Source: Glaucostegus cemiculus
Lineage: Eukaryota
Reading direction: 5' to 3'
DNA: 64,000 bases
NCBI GenBank assembly: GCA_976551045.1
Contig: CDPCPM010000026.1
Coordinates: forward strand, 7,502,001 to 7,566,000
The position numbers were made by a program, and so were the translations under genes. This document shows, in pieces, positions 37,960 to 50,519 of this stretch. How positions within the stretch are numbered: the stretch's first letter is position 1; each line of letters starts with the position of its first letter. Below the pieces are notes generated by a model. The model saw nothing but the letters and a program-made list of their open reading frames with translations. It was not told the DNA's origin and searched no databases.

Positions 37960-40436
37960 ATCGGGCAAAACTCCTTGAACCTTATAATAGACACAGCTTG
38001 CTGATTTTAACTACACCAGGTCCTCAATATCTATGAGGGACAGGGATGCAGATTCCCCCCAGATAACAAAAGACTCAAGTGTCTGTTTAGCCACTGACAT
38101 TGAATCTAAGGCTGCAATGACAACTCTTCCATGCTTATAACAAGTTCTATGTATGTTTCAGTTTATCAAAATGAGCAATGTTTGCTTTTGATTTACTGAA
38201 GTCTTACAGGGAGAAGATTGACAAGCTTCAGACTTTTCTCACTATCCACTGCAACTGGTATGCAGTGGAGTTACAACACAGCAACCCATATTCCCGACCT
38301 TGGCTCTGACCCTGGTGTTCCTGACCCAACCCCAACTCCAGCTGCATGCTTGGCCCACACTCCAGACCCTAACTTCAGACACAGTACCAGCCATATAGCA
38401 ATGTAACCATTACTTTAACTAACCTACCAAAGCACAGGTAATTATTTGGGAAGTCACATACATGGAAATAATATGCAAGGTAGATGTAATTTTACATATT
38501 TGTGAAAAATGAACACCATAACTCATAATAAGCATACACCCAGCCCAGATTTCTGACCCTGACTCAGCTGCACAACAACCATTGATATTTTCACATGTTG
38601 CTGCACAAGACATCAAATGTAAACAGAATTTACCAGACACCACAGGAGAGGGCTCTGAAGGAGCACATTATGATTACCAACACTCCCAGTAATGCATGGC
38701 CAACTTCATGAGTACGCAGATCTGCAGAAAGTAAGTCAGTGGATAATGAGGACTTAGTGCATTTTCCTCCAGCAAGACAAGCTTTAAGTATAAAGCTGGC
38801 ATACTCCAGAAAATTTCACACATTGATAGTGGAATTGGGAGCCACTTTGTCCATTTGTCAAGTGTGAAACTGATCCACAACATTCCAGTTTCTGCCATCA
38901 ATCACACGTGACCGAAACCTAACCAGTGCATCTTTGGTTCTGGCTACCCCTCAGTCATCCAAGCTTCTATCTAAGTAAAATATTAAGCCAATCAAAGTTA
39001 TCATGATGGGATATTTGATTGTGCCAGTACCTGATTCAATATTCTTAAGCCTGCCTAGTAAGTCGTGGTAGAAATAGTCGAATAGTAGCCTTCCTATGCA
39101 CTCTTCAAAGGAAGCTTCATCTCTATTAAGTTAAATTGCTGATTAGTCTTTTCAAACTGGTGTAATATTTATTGGGCAGGTTTCAGCAACAGTGTTTGAA
39201 AAATATGTAATCTCTTCTTTGAAAGTTCTGTCTTTGAAAATTCTTCACAGTTCCTACTCTTGTGGCCTTCCTGCTGGTTATTGCGTTATAGCAGCTGGAT
39301 AAGGAGCAGAAACATTGGCAGAGGAGAGTCTTTCTCAAAAGCACATCTTTCAGCATCTAAGCTTACTGACCATTCATCATTTAAGTCCAGCTCACTGTTT
39401 TACACCAATAGGCACATTGACAGCTACATGCTGCAAATCTAGGAAAGAACAGCATATGTCTTTCCTATTTTCACACCACCACTCTGTTCGGACTGAGATG
39501 ATGAATAAAATACAGGAGATAAGGGAGTCTCACCACCCCTTTTTGTTGTATTCTCGTGACTTAAAAATGAGAAGAAATGGCAGCAATTTGAGCCACCAGC
39601 AATGTAATCATAATTGCCTCTTGTGATTCCAAGCCATGCTCTTCACTGAAGTGTATACAGACCACTTGTTCCATTGCCGGCTGTAGTGTTCTGGCAGCCT
39701 GTGCGCAGCCCACAATGGCTGAAACTGTACTCCTCCACCCTCTGCGCCAGAATCCTGCTGGTTGACATGTATAAATTAATGGTTCCTTCAAATAATCTTG
39801 AAACGCATATTTATATCAGCCCAACAAGTACCTTAAACAGTTGGAAATAACTAACCACGAATTTAGCTTAATAAAGTAGCAGGAGGAAAGAATATGAGAA
39901 GCATCAGAAGGAGATGGATGGTGTGGAATATTGATTTTAGGATAACGAAGGGATGTGGAGAAAGTAAAGGCTTGCAAGAGATGAAACCGCAGCTGGTTTG
40001 CAACTGAGAAAAGAGCAATGCTAGGTTGATTTCTTAGAGCTGTTCCATTTTATCAGCAATCTCAAACTTTTTGTGCAACATTACTGCCGATGTCCTCAGT
40101 GCAATACTCTATGCATGATCTTCTCTGTAACTTTACTATCTGTCTGGAGATTCTTCACTCCCACCCTATTGGCTCTTCTGAATGCCAAAACATAACCAGG
40201 CTCCTTACTGCATCAAATTCTGAGAATACTCAGCAAATTCCAATATTCAGCTACCATGTTTTCCTCTATCTAAGAGGTGTAGCTGCCTATAAATGGTGCC
40301 ATCACGCATCATTTTGTTTTCATAAATTAACAGAGCGACCAATAGAAGAATTAATAGTGCTGGCGTCATATTTGTTCTTTGTTACTGATCCATAAGGACC
40401 TATTTCTCTACCTAACATTCTATATAATTCATATAT

Positions 40437-40657
40437 TGGTTGCATAGCAGTTAGCATGACACTTACAGCACCAGCGACCCAGGTTCAATTCCCACCACTG
40501 TGTGTAAGGAGTTTGTGTGTTCCCCCTGTGTCTGGGTTTCCTCCGGGTGCTCCAGTTTCTTCCCACATTCCAAAGACGTACGAGTAGGTTAACATGGGTT
40601 TAAATGGGTGGTGCAGACTTGTTGGGCCAGGAGGGCCTGTTACCATTCTGTAAATAG
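40437..40657 (+). mobile_element. tRNA-derived V-domain SINE with CR1-type tail
   Basis: Same head and V-domain as 18541; tail ttgttgggccaggagggcctgttaccattctgta. Confidence 0.85.
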
Positions 40658-40889
40658 AGTTTAAAACTCCTATATTCCTATTTCTTTCCAATCTTGATGG
40701 CTCAACACCGCACTTTGCAAAACTCCAAGTTGTGTTGAGCATTATGTTTGAATAACTGTTGCAATAATGTTATTTGAATTTTTTTTAATGGATTGAAATA
40801 TTTGAAGGAATGATACCCAGTGAAGTTTCAGTACTAGATAATATTTTTAAACACAAGGCAGATTAGTTCATTAATACTGCACTCTGTTT

Positions 40890-41430
40890 CGTGAGACCAA
40901 CCTGACAATGGGCCAAGTTGACCCTATATTTGCCTGCATGCCAACAGTTACCAACAGAACTTTCCCTCCAACTATTAGGCACAGTAGTGTGATGGAGTAT
41001 CTTCCTCTTGTCTGATGAATACATTTTCAACAATAATCAAGAAGCTCACTGCCATTCAGTACAGCGTAGCCATCCATGCCCTTAAATATTCTTCCTCTTC
41101 ATTATTAGTAGCTGCTGAATGTTCCATATCCAAGAAACTCTTCAGCAACTTGCAAAGGGTTCTTGGTAAAATGTTTGTGACGTTGAAGGTCAAGACCATT
41201 AGCCACATGGAAACAACAACACTTCCAAAGTATCTTCCAACTCAAACATCTTCCTGACTTTGAAATATAATGTTGTTGCTGGTCAAAATCCTGGAGCTCC
41301 TTCCCAAACAGCACGATAGGAATCTTCACCATCTGACCTGCTGGAGATCGGGGTGGTTAAAGATGGCACCCTTCTGAAGGGATTGGAAATAAATGCTGGC
41401 CTTGTCAGAAACACCCACAGTCTTTGAATG
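40890..41430 (+). mobile_element. old CR1/L2-group LINE 3' fragment
   Basis: STIIKKLTAIQ remnant; gggtcaaaatcctgga-like segment; tail ataaatgctggccttgtcag. Confidence 0.6.
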
Positions 41431-41874
41431 TGTAAAACTCTAAGTGCTTCAGGACAATCAGAGGCCAGGAAAGGTGTTAGATAATTGTAAGTAAGTGCTA
41501 CCTCATTCTTGAAGCTATTGTATATATAAAGAACAATAAATTGTACTGTTAAAGTGAGTGGGAATTTAGTTCCTTTGTTTCATCATTCTTGTTCCCCTTG
41601 CCTTTTTTCCTTTATTGATTTGAACATGAAAATAATAGTAGCAAAGGTTATGGAAGCATTTTTATATTAACCATTTAGATAGGAAAGGAACAGGATTAGG
41701 TGGAAAATCTGTTTTACACCCTTTGTAATTTCCATGGAGAGTAATATTAACTGAGATCTAAGGCCTGCATTGTATTGAATCTCAGCAGTTTCTGAGTTAA
41801 AATTGAAGGCAACATTTTAGTATCTCCATGCATATACTGCCTTTGATTAAAATATTTTTCCACTGATCCCACAG

Positions 41875-42223
41875 GCACAGTCTACATCTCTGGCAGATGG
41901 TAATATGAATGATCTTCACGTGACTATCAAATCTTGTGACAACCTGCAACACAAAAGGAAGGACACCCAACCAAGTCCTTACGCTGTCTACAAATTCTTT
42001 GATTTTTCTGACCATGACACCGCTATCATTCCCAACAGCAATAATCCACAGTTCGATGATCACATGAGATTTCATGTACCAATGAATACAGAGCTTGACC
42101 GGTATTTAAAGTCAGAATCATTACTCATTTACGTATTTGATGATGCAGATCCTACTGATACTTCCTACCTTGGAAAGGCTGAAGTCCCTCTTATTCTGCT
42201 AGCTCATAACAAGAACATCTTAG
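41875..42223 (+). CDS. RPGRIP1L: RPGRIP1L coding exon (exon 17 equivalent), second C2 domain
   Basis: cccacag|GCA CAG TCT...TTA G|gtagt; 349 nt; [18 protein letters not shown]...[35 protein letters not shown]...[14 protein letters not shown]; a second in-frame acceptor ends at 41880. Confidence 0.96.
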
Positions 42224-42458
42224 GTAGTAACTTTTAAAACTTTTCATTTGCAAAATCCTATTTTCTATTGTTAATATATTTTGTCCGTCTTATTAGAATT
42301 TGCTGATAATAGGATTATAAGTATATTGCGGGCAATTAAGGATAAATTTTAAGTTGGAAACTTAGCGTGATCAGTACCTGAAACCATACTGTAGTAAAAT
42401 GTTTGAAAAGTTAAAGAGAGCAATTCATTGCTCAAGAAATGTGCAGTAAAACAAATAA

Positions 42459-42816
42459 CCACTTGTAAGAATTGTAGAAAATGAATTTAGGTCACATCTA
42501 AAGTTAAAATGAAAGACATAGGTCTGATGGATAAAAGAAGATAATTCAAATGTGCTTCTAAAATACAGTGCATGAGTTTTTAGCCCATCAATAGTTAGAT
42601 GAAGATCTTTGAATGGCATCCTAACATGGTAAAACATGGTAACACATGTATCCATTTGTAAGAATTGTAGATATATGAATTTAGGCCACAAGATATTGTT
42701 AAAATGGAAGACAAGGTTATGATAGATTAGAAAAAGTGATCATCTGCTTCTAAAACAGAGAAATATGAGCTTATGAGCCATTAACAGCATGTTCAAGATC
42801 TTTAAATGACACCCTA
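42459..42816. repeat. diverged tandem duplication, period about 193 nt
   Basis: ttgtaagaattgtaga at 42463 and 42656; shared atgaatttagg, gttaaaatg, tgcttctaaaa, aagatcttt. Confidence 0.8.
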
Positions 42817-43857
42817 TCCTGGAAAAGAAGCTGCTGAAGAAGTAGAAAGACAAAGCAGGTGCAATTTTCTTTTGCAGAGAGGTTCAAAAATCCCACAAAA
42901 GACCATACGGAAGAGAATTGATAAAGAGGAAGAGGAACAGGTACTTAAGCCCAAAAATGAAAATGTTACTGAAATAGAAGAGTCAGGCTTTATAGAACTG
43001 AGACTATATTAGAAGGGTTTGTTTTGACATCTTTCAAGAAATTCTATTCATACTCAGGAATTTTATGGCAGGAGTTAACGTGCAATATCTAAAGGTGCTA
43101 AAAGTAAGAGGGATACAGGATAGCCAGTTTATCTACTACACTATTTATGATATCTCTTTGGAAAATATGAGCTTCTGTGATTAGTATAATTAACCAGAAT
43201 GAAGTTCTAATGTAAAATTTGTAGAGTTATCATAAAAAAAACAGATGAACCAATAAAGTGCTAAGTGATGGAGAGACTTTCTGAATACAGACTCCAGGCA
43301 AGTGATCAAGCAGTCAAGAGACATAAGAATCTGAACACCAGCTATTTGTTTGCTCATGTCTAGTAATGTTGCAATGTCATGTGACTACTTTACTTAACTC
43401 ATTTGATACATAATTGGCATGTCACCATTTCTTTGCACTTGTATCTTATTAAAAAATCTAATAGCCTTCCCACATTAGCAACCATCTCAAATCATAAAAA
43501 GCACTTATGTATCAAGTTCCAAGATGCCAAGAAAGCTGCCCCGAAGCTAGCTATTGGTAGGTATAAACAAAATAAAACCTAGTGCACATATATCTTGCAA
43601 TTCACTTTTAGAAAATATCAGATCCTCCATTATATCTTTCTGAAATGGCTATATTGATAATTGATCATTTGAAGAGCACAGGGTACCATTGGGTGGCACA
43701 ACATGAATTAATGTTGCTTGTTTCTGCTGACAATCCTTCAGAAAATCTCTATGTAAAGGTTCCAAACATTGCAGTATTTTCTGAAATTTTAAAAACAAAT
43801 TGTTATGCCCTTTCAATGCAGCCCCTTTGTTGTACATTCTTGTTCATTTAACTCTAG

Positions 43858-44042
43858 GTACATTTGAACTTTCAAACTCTGAAGAACAAGTCATTGGCAC
43901 CATGGATGTGGAATTAAAGTGGATGAACTCATATTTGCCACCAAATGAATCGATAATGATAATGGATCAAGGTCAGGTGCTTCCAAAGCAAGAACCAGAA
44001 AAACTGCCAGTAAAAAAGGACCTTTCTGAGGATTCAATTTCG
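43858..44042 (+). CDS. RPGRIP1L: RPGRIP1L coding exon (exon 18 equivalent)
   Basis: ctctag|GT ACA TTT...ATT TCG|gtaaa; 185 nt; GTFELSNSEEQVIGTMDVELKWMNSYLPP. Confidence 0.93.
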
Positions 44043-45574
44043 GTAAATAGTATTATACACTTCTATTTTTTCAAGATGTTACTTGAGTAGTTCAGCTTAT
44101 CAAATTTGCTGTTTCCAGAAGCTCTCTTAAAGTTTAATTATGTTTTCCTTGGTATTGTTCCATTATTAAAATATTTAAAAAGAGGAAAATGTATGGTTAA
44201 TTGATGCTAGGAATGTATTGTGTACTCATGAAATTAGTACACATGCATAACTACAGGGTACATTTTCCATTTGCCAGATCTTAGCCCAAGATTGTCTTCT
44301 GATGGCCTGTTGGCAAAAGTACTTAAGGCTGACCAGAAGATATGAAAACCTATGTTGATCCAGCAGGACATTTGTTGCAATGCTGTGTTCGCCATAGATA
44401 TCTATTTCTAAGTGGATTCATCTAGCCCTTGTATCAATAGATGGCCCCCAATGCTAGCAGTCTGAACAGCAGTGATACAAATCAAGAGGAACCAGCTCAG
44501 AGATTCTCTGGGAATGATAATAGGAATGGAGTGCTTTACCGTAATTAGACCATGCAAGGGTAATGAGGAGGGTGGGTGGCCTTGGTCTTGATGAGAATGC
44601 AAAAAAGTGGGTGAAAGTTGCTCTGTCTCAGTAGGACCCTGGAAATTCTAGAGGTTTTGGTGTGGGTCACTCTCTGTGACATCACTCTTTGAAACAGCCT
44701 GATTAAAAAGCACTTTGGAGTCTTATGTTCTATATCATATGTTTATTATTAAATAAGTGAAAAATTTTCCATGTAAAAGAGTAAAGAGAAATTGTGTTGC
44801 TAACATCAGTGATGTCATTTGTTACAGTGTAACAATTCATTTTCAGGGTGATGTTTGAAACAGCTGCCAGTACAGGTGGTTGAATAATTAACAATTATAG
44901 CCTTGAACTGGTTGAGTTAAGATATTATGATCCTTTCTTCACAAAGCTCTATTAATCTATGGAGGGTGCCATTTAATTTCAAAATCAGTTGCTCCGAGAT
45001 TGGATTGATTTTATTCCCTTCTATAAGATAAAATCAAGATAATAAAAGTAACTTCTAAAAAGCCCAGAGTGATGGTTTTCCAATTTTCATGGGAGTATGT
45101 CCCTCACCCTGCGCTTTTACTAATGTCAGCTCATTTTACTAAGGGGCTTAAAGCCATGTGATTTCCAGTCTGAGCTGAAAGCGTTTTCTATTTTACTGGA
45201 AGGTTATTACTTAAAATTATGTTAATTGTTTAAAATCAAAAACTCAATATGCTTTTTTTTTCTACCCCACCTCTCAACTACCACAGAGCTCCATTCCATC
45301 TGGCCCCAAAAATTGTCAAAAGCTTCTGATGACCCCACTTCGAAAACCACTCGACTAGAGATTAGTTGATTGATTTGATAGCAATTAGATTGCTATAGAT
45401 GTAGCCCAAGATACTTTTAAAGAAATTTGAACTGTCCCTGTAGTTTAAAACAGTTATCAATCAAATTAGGGGCTCTTTTGTTATTATTTTTGTGTTGATA
45501 TTGCTCTAAATTCCCCTTGTATTTAATATACAAATCAATTTTGAGAGAATTTTATCAGCATTTTCCACTACCAA

Positions 45575-46580
45575 TCACATGGTCATTGAGTCATACAACA
45601 TTGAAACAGGTTCTTTGGCTTATCAGGTCTACACCAACCATCAAGTACTTAGCTTTATTAATCCCATTTACCAGCACTTGGTCCATAGCCTACTATGCCT
45701 TGGTGATTCAAGCGCTTGTATAGATACTTATTAAATATTTTGAGAGAACCTGTCTCCACCGCCTTCTTGGGAAGTTTATTCCAGATTGTAACCACCTCCT
45801 GGATGAAAAAACTTCTTCCTCAGATCCCCTCTAAACCTCTTACTCCTTACCTTAAACCTATGCTCTCTAGCCTTAAATGCTACTGCAAAAGGGAAGGAGT
45901 TCTTACTATCTATACCATTCACAATTTTGTATGCTTCTATTGGGTCTCCCCTCAGTCTTTTTTGCCCCTGGGAAAACAAGTCTAGCCTATCCTGTCTTTC
46001 CTCACAGCTGAAAGATTCAGGTAACATTCTGGTGAACCTCTTCTGTACCTTCTCCAGTGCAATCACATCCATCCTATCGTGTGGCAACTAGAACTGCAGC
46101 TCCAGCTATGGCCTAACCAACATTTAATAAATTGTATCTATGCTTATATTCTTTGACCCAGCTAATGAAGGAAAGTATCCCATGTGCCTTCTTCACCTGT
46201 GCCACCTTCAGAGATTTTTGCACTTGTACACCAAAGTCCCTTTGTTCCTCAACACTCCCTAGGACCCTACCTGTATCTGCTACCCTTATTGGACAGAATT
46301 TTTCCCAATAATTTCCTGACCAGTGATGTTAGACTAACTGGCCTATAATTACCTGGCTTATCCCTACTACCCTTCTTGACTAAAGGTACCACGTTTGCTA
46401 TTTTCCCAGTCATCTGACATCTCACCTGTGGCTAGTGAAGATTTAAAAACATAAGAGCCCAGGCAATCTACTCCATTGCTGCCAGAGCAGCCTAGGATAC
46501 ATCTCATCAGTTCCTGGGAATTTATGCGCCTTTATACTTGCTAAAACATCTAATACCTCCTCAAACTGTTCTAGAATTTC
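45575..46580 (-). mobile_element. CR1 LINE fragment with internal deletion
   Basis: ORF 45776..46087(-) DVIALEKVQKRFTRMLP...RLRGDPIEAYKIV...HRFKVRSKRFRGDLRK; upstream GNYRPVSLTS at about 46320-46350. Confidence 0.9.
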
Positions 46581-47172
46581 ACCAACCCAACTGATATCTC
46601 CAGTCTCCAACAACTTGGTCTTTAATGCTCCATTGGAAATTTACCAAAGGGGGAAGGGGGTCGGCGGGGTGGGGGGGGGGGGAAGGCATGATGTGATGGT
46701 TATGTTGTGTGTGCAAATATTTAGAAAATATTAGTGGCCAGTGTATCGGATGATTCAGTCCATGTTTTCTCATTTTGCAATCTATATCGTGAGCCCATGG
46801 CAGGAGCAGACAACTAGAAAACTGATTCAGTACGATGGTACAAATACCATGGAGTGACATAAAGTATTATTACACCTCTCTCCACTCAGTCACTGAATCT
46901 ATCTGCACTGCTACCAAGAGGTAGATGGTGTCTCTTGTATGGTAAATATCAGCAAGGCAGTTTCCAGCGTATTGCTTTTGTATTCCTGTTAAGAATCTGT
47001 CAAGTGTATCATTGGCAGAGATCAAGAAAGATGCAATTTATTGCAGTATCTGCAAAGATAGCCTGGGAACTAAAATTGAGGAAATATTGATGTAAATGAA
47101 GGAAATTTCCAGAGGGAAAAAAAAGCAATAACAATTTTTTGAAGTCTGATTCCATGTCTCTTGTTATTATAG

Positions 47173-47262
47173 GCACTAAAATTTAAAAAACAATCAGTTA
47201 ACTTTGATAATCAAGAAGAAAGAAGAGTATCGTGGGATGATGGAAAGCTTTCTGAGAGTCCA
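47173..47262 (+). CDS. RPGRIP1L: RPGRIP1L coding exon (exon 19 equivalent)
   Basis: ttattatag|GCA CTA...AGT CCA|gtaagt; 90 nt, phase 0-0; ALKFKKQSVNFDNQEERRVSWDDGKLSESP; RRVSW aligns with human KKVSF. Confidence 0.85.
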
Positions 47263-47519
47263 GTAAGTGTTCATTATATTAATGGGCCAACTATTGCTGT
47301 CGCATTTTTGCTATTAATTAGATTTGTTCTCACACATCTAGATTTTCACACTTTTCAGGGTAACTTTTTGAAATTTCAAATTGAAAATGTCACTGTGACA
47401 GAAATGGGACAGTTGGTACTTGAATAGGCAGGGGCACTGTGTGTCTTCTTACTCGATCAAACTTTGGAATCTTGAAATGGGCAACACACAGACTGAGAAC
47501 TCTGTGTATTGCACCTGAT

Positions 47520-48680
47520 GACCTAATATGCTCTCAGGGCTGCTATACTTGGCACAGGTATGGACTGTTCCTTGCTCCTCTGCCTCAGCAATTACCCGTG
47601 GAGTCTTCCAGTTTACCTAAGGATCCAAGATAGAGCAAATTCGACAGGTCACAATGCACAAGTCCCCTGAGAAGGGGGGCAAAGTTGTACACAAACATTG
47701 CTCTCATCCTGATGACCAGCTTCATGTGTGGTTGTATCAGTCAGTGTGTGGACCCAAAGTATGTGAGCACCAAGTGTCACTATGTGCTGAAGTTCTGTCT
47801 GTCCCTGGGGTTGCTGAAGATAGGCCCGGCCCCACTGTTGCACAATGCCCCAGTCAGCTGGACGTTGCCACACTACCTGTCCTTTGTGGGAGAGTTCAAG
47901 TAAAAACCTTTGACCACTAGTCCATCAAACGGTAGTCAGCACAGAATGTACTGCAGACACTACGGGAAAGGGACAGTATAGATTCTGTGCGATTGTTTCC
48001 TGACCAAACAGGCCAAACCATATGGCATAATGCCGCATCGCCAGGTCTCACCAACAAACTCCAAGACCTTGCATGGCTGGCAGAGAGGTGCCCTCCCTGT
48101 TAGAGTTTTCCTCTACAGAGGACATATCACACCAAATGTACGCTGCCCTTGTAAACAGTCACCCACCTCTTTGCAGACTGTGGATTTGCTAAGATTGTGT
48201 GGAGAAGGATATAAGGGTCCATGTCCAAGTTCATCCCCAGCAGCTGCATAACAGAACTCACACCAAGACAGATATCAACTGCTGCTGGAAGGTTATCAAC
48301 TCGATGAAGGGCGTCCTTTGGTCAACCCAGAACTTGTTGGTCTTCCAGCACAGCAAGATGTCTGTAAGGGAATGCTGCAGACTGGCACAGTCCAGGTCGC
48401 AGGAGTAGATGCTGAGGGATGCACTGAAGCTCAGTGCAGCCAATGTTGAGACTTGTGGGGAAGGGCCACAGTCTAGGCTCCTTCTGCTACCACAAATAGA
48501 GGGGTGAATTTGGGTGGGGAAGCCACTTGAACAATGAAGAGGGTACCACCTCAGGGAGCCACATGAAAGTTTTTACTACTGAATGTAACAGCCACGAATG
48601 TTGAGGTTTTGTTTTTGCACTGTTTCTTCCTTTGTACATTTTTTTATTATTAATAAATTTTATTCCTGAGATATAAAAAA
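47520..48680 (+). mobile_element. Tx1-type LINE 3' part
   Basis: MHKSPEKGGK, NIALILMTSF, IWHNAASPGLTNKLQDLAWLAERGALPVR, RCP zinc-knuckle remnant, CWKVINSMKGVLWSTQNLLVFQ; ends aataaa...aaaaaa. Confidence 0.8.
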
Positions 48681-49584
48681 GAGAAGTGTAAATCAGAGTG
48701 AATAATTTCTAGTAAATTTATGCTACAGAGCCGAAATGAAGTAATGATAACTCCATAATCAAAACAGTTAATTTTCAGTGCTAGAAAAGTAAATTGGTAA
48801 TAATCAACACATATTTCAGTGCATTTCAGTGTGAAATAGTTGTGAACAAATTATGGGTGATTGTAAATTAATTTCTCCCTCATAAGAATGGAATAGCAAC
48901 AACAAATGCAAATAGGAATATGAGAGGAGATGGAACTGGAAAAGGTTTGTCATCCAATAAAGCTTCTTCCTTAAACCACGTACTATCAATTTCAACATTT
49001 TAATATCCATAGAGAAACCTCAGCATAGATAATCATTGAGCCTCTGGAGTTGTAAAGCAAATGTCATTTCTCCACTATCTGGACTTAATTTTCTAGTCTC
49101 CAAACAATGTTTGGCACCCTGGAAACCAGAAACTATTATTTTCCTTTCCATGAAGTATTTTATCATCTATCCCTAACCTATCTTTCTGCAAGCCAATCCT
49201 GCCTCCAGCCCGATATTTATCCAGCTCCTTTGAAAATTTTTAAGGAACTGCTTTTCCTGAGAGTCCCTTTTACGTAGGTTCTATGAGGAAACATTTCTTC
49301 TAATCTTTGAAATCACTTGAGACATTAAGCTTAAACCTTGGTATTCTTATTCTATGCTCATGGTTTTAGTCAGGTTTATAATTCAAGTGTAAGGAATCTC
49401 TTAGAACAGAATTTTGGTAGTGAGGATGTGGAGGGTGGGGGAGCAGTCTAGAATGGATTACTAAAATGACTCCAGGATGTTCAGAATCCTGTGTAGCCTT
49501 CTAGAATTTACTTTGAATTCCTCCCATTTATAGTTTTTTTCCCCCCTTTATGTTGTTTTTACATTTTTTAATTCATCTTTTCAA

Positions 49585-49960
49585 GTCTTGGGCCTCACTG
49601 GAAAGGCCAGCATTTATTGCCCAACCCTAGTTGTTCTTGAAAGGTTGATGGAGAGTCACCTTCTTGAACCACTGCACTCTCTCAAGTGAAGATATTCCTG
49701 CTGTGCTTTTGAATGGGAAATTCTAGGCAGAAACAAAAAAAATGGCAATCTATTGCCAAGTCACAACACGGTACAATTTGGGAGGGAACCTGCAGGTGAT
49801 AGTGCTCCCATTAGCCTGCACCTTCTTGGTGGTAGAGGTTATGGATTGGGAGGTGCTCTCAGAGTAGTCTAGGCAAGTAACTTCAGTACAGTTTGAAGAT
49901 GATACTCACAATAGCTATGCTGCCCTGCTGGTGGAAGAAATGCATGTTTCTAGATAGTTG
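49585..49960 (-). mobile_element. old CR1/L2-group LINE 3' fragment
   Basis: tgggcctcactggaaaggccagcatttattgccca; same family as 10195. Confidence 0.65.
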
Positions 49961-50099
49961 TCCCCTTACATCAAGTATGCTATCCAGCTTTCAGCTTTTC
50001 ATCAGATTTCCAAAAAAAAAATCTGTAGTATTTTCATGGAAATGAAGTGGGTACCTGGAGAAGTGGAAATGATCTGGAAATGCATTCAAGATTGAGACT

Positions 50100-50510
50100 G
50101 GACTGGGGAAAGGGCTGCTCTCTGTAAACTGATGGCATCCTTCTTATAGTTTGCCTTCCCACCTACTTTTGTATCATCTAAAAATTTGGCTATAGTGCAC
50201 TTGCTTCCTTCCTCTAAATATTTAATGTATATTGTATTCAGCTGCATCTCCAGCACTGATCCCGGTGTTAACTGATTGGTTACAAGTTGCCAATCTGAGA
50301 ATGCCACTGTTATCCCTACTCACTGCTTCATGCTGGTTAGCCAGTCCTATATCCATGCTAATATATTACTTCTAATACATGAGCTCTCTTCTTGAAAATT
50401 AGCCTTTTGTGTGATACCTTGCCAAATACTTTTTGAAATCCAAAAATATTACATCTACTGGTTCCCCTCTATCCATTAAGGCTAATACTTGCTTAAAGAA
50501 CTCTATAAAT
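50100..50510 (-). mobile_element. CR1 RT fragment
   Basis: IEFF...DRGEPVDVIFLDFKK; SDWQLVT...KCTIAKFLDDTKVGG. Confidence 0.85.
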
Positions 50511-50519
50511 ATCAGTTGA

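Noticed and set aside
25054-42223. Assignment to the paralogue RPGRIP1
   Set aside because: Peptides and exon sizes follow RPGRIP1L as I recall them (e.g. [29 protein letters not shown])
42806-43012. Independent small charged protein (68 aa ORF)
   Set aside because: No promoter or homology evidence; only the splice-bounded 63-nt part is kept as a candidate
46648-46686. G-quadruplex-capable G runs (also the C run at about 14718 and G run at about 55765)
   Set aside because: Simple homopolymer tracts beside TE ends; no evidence of function
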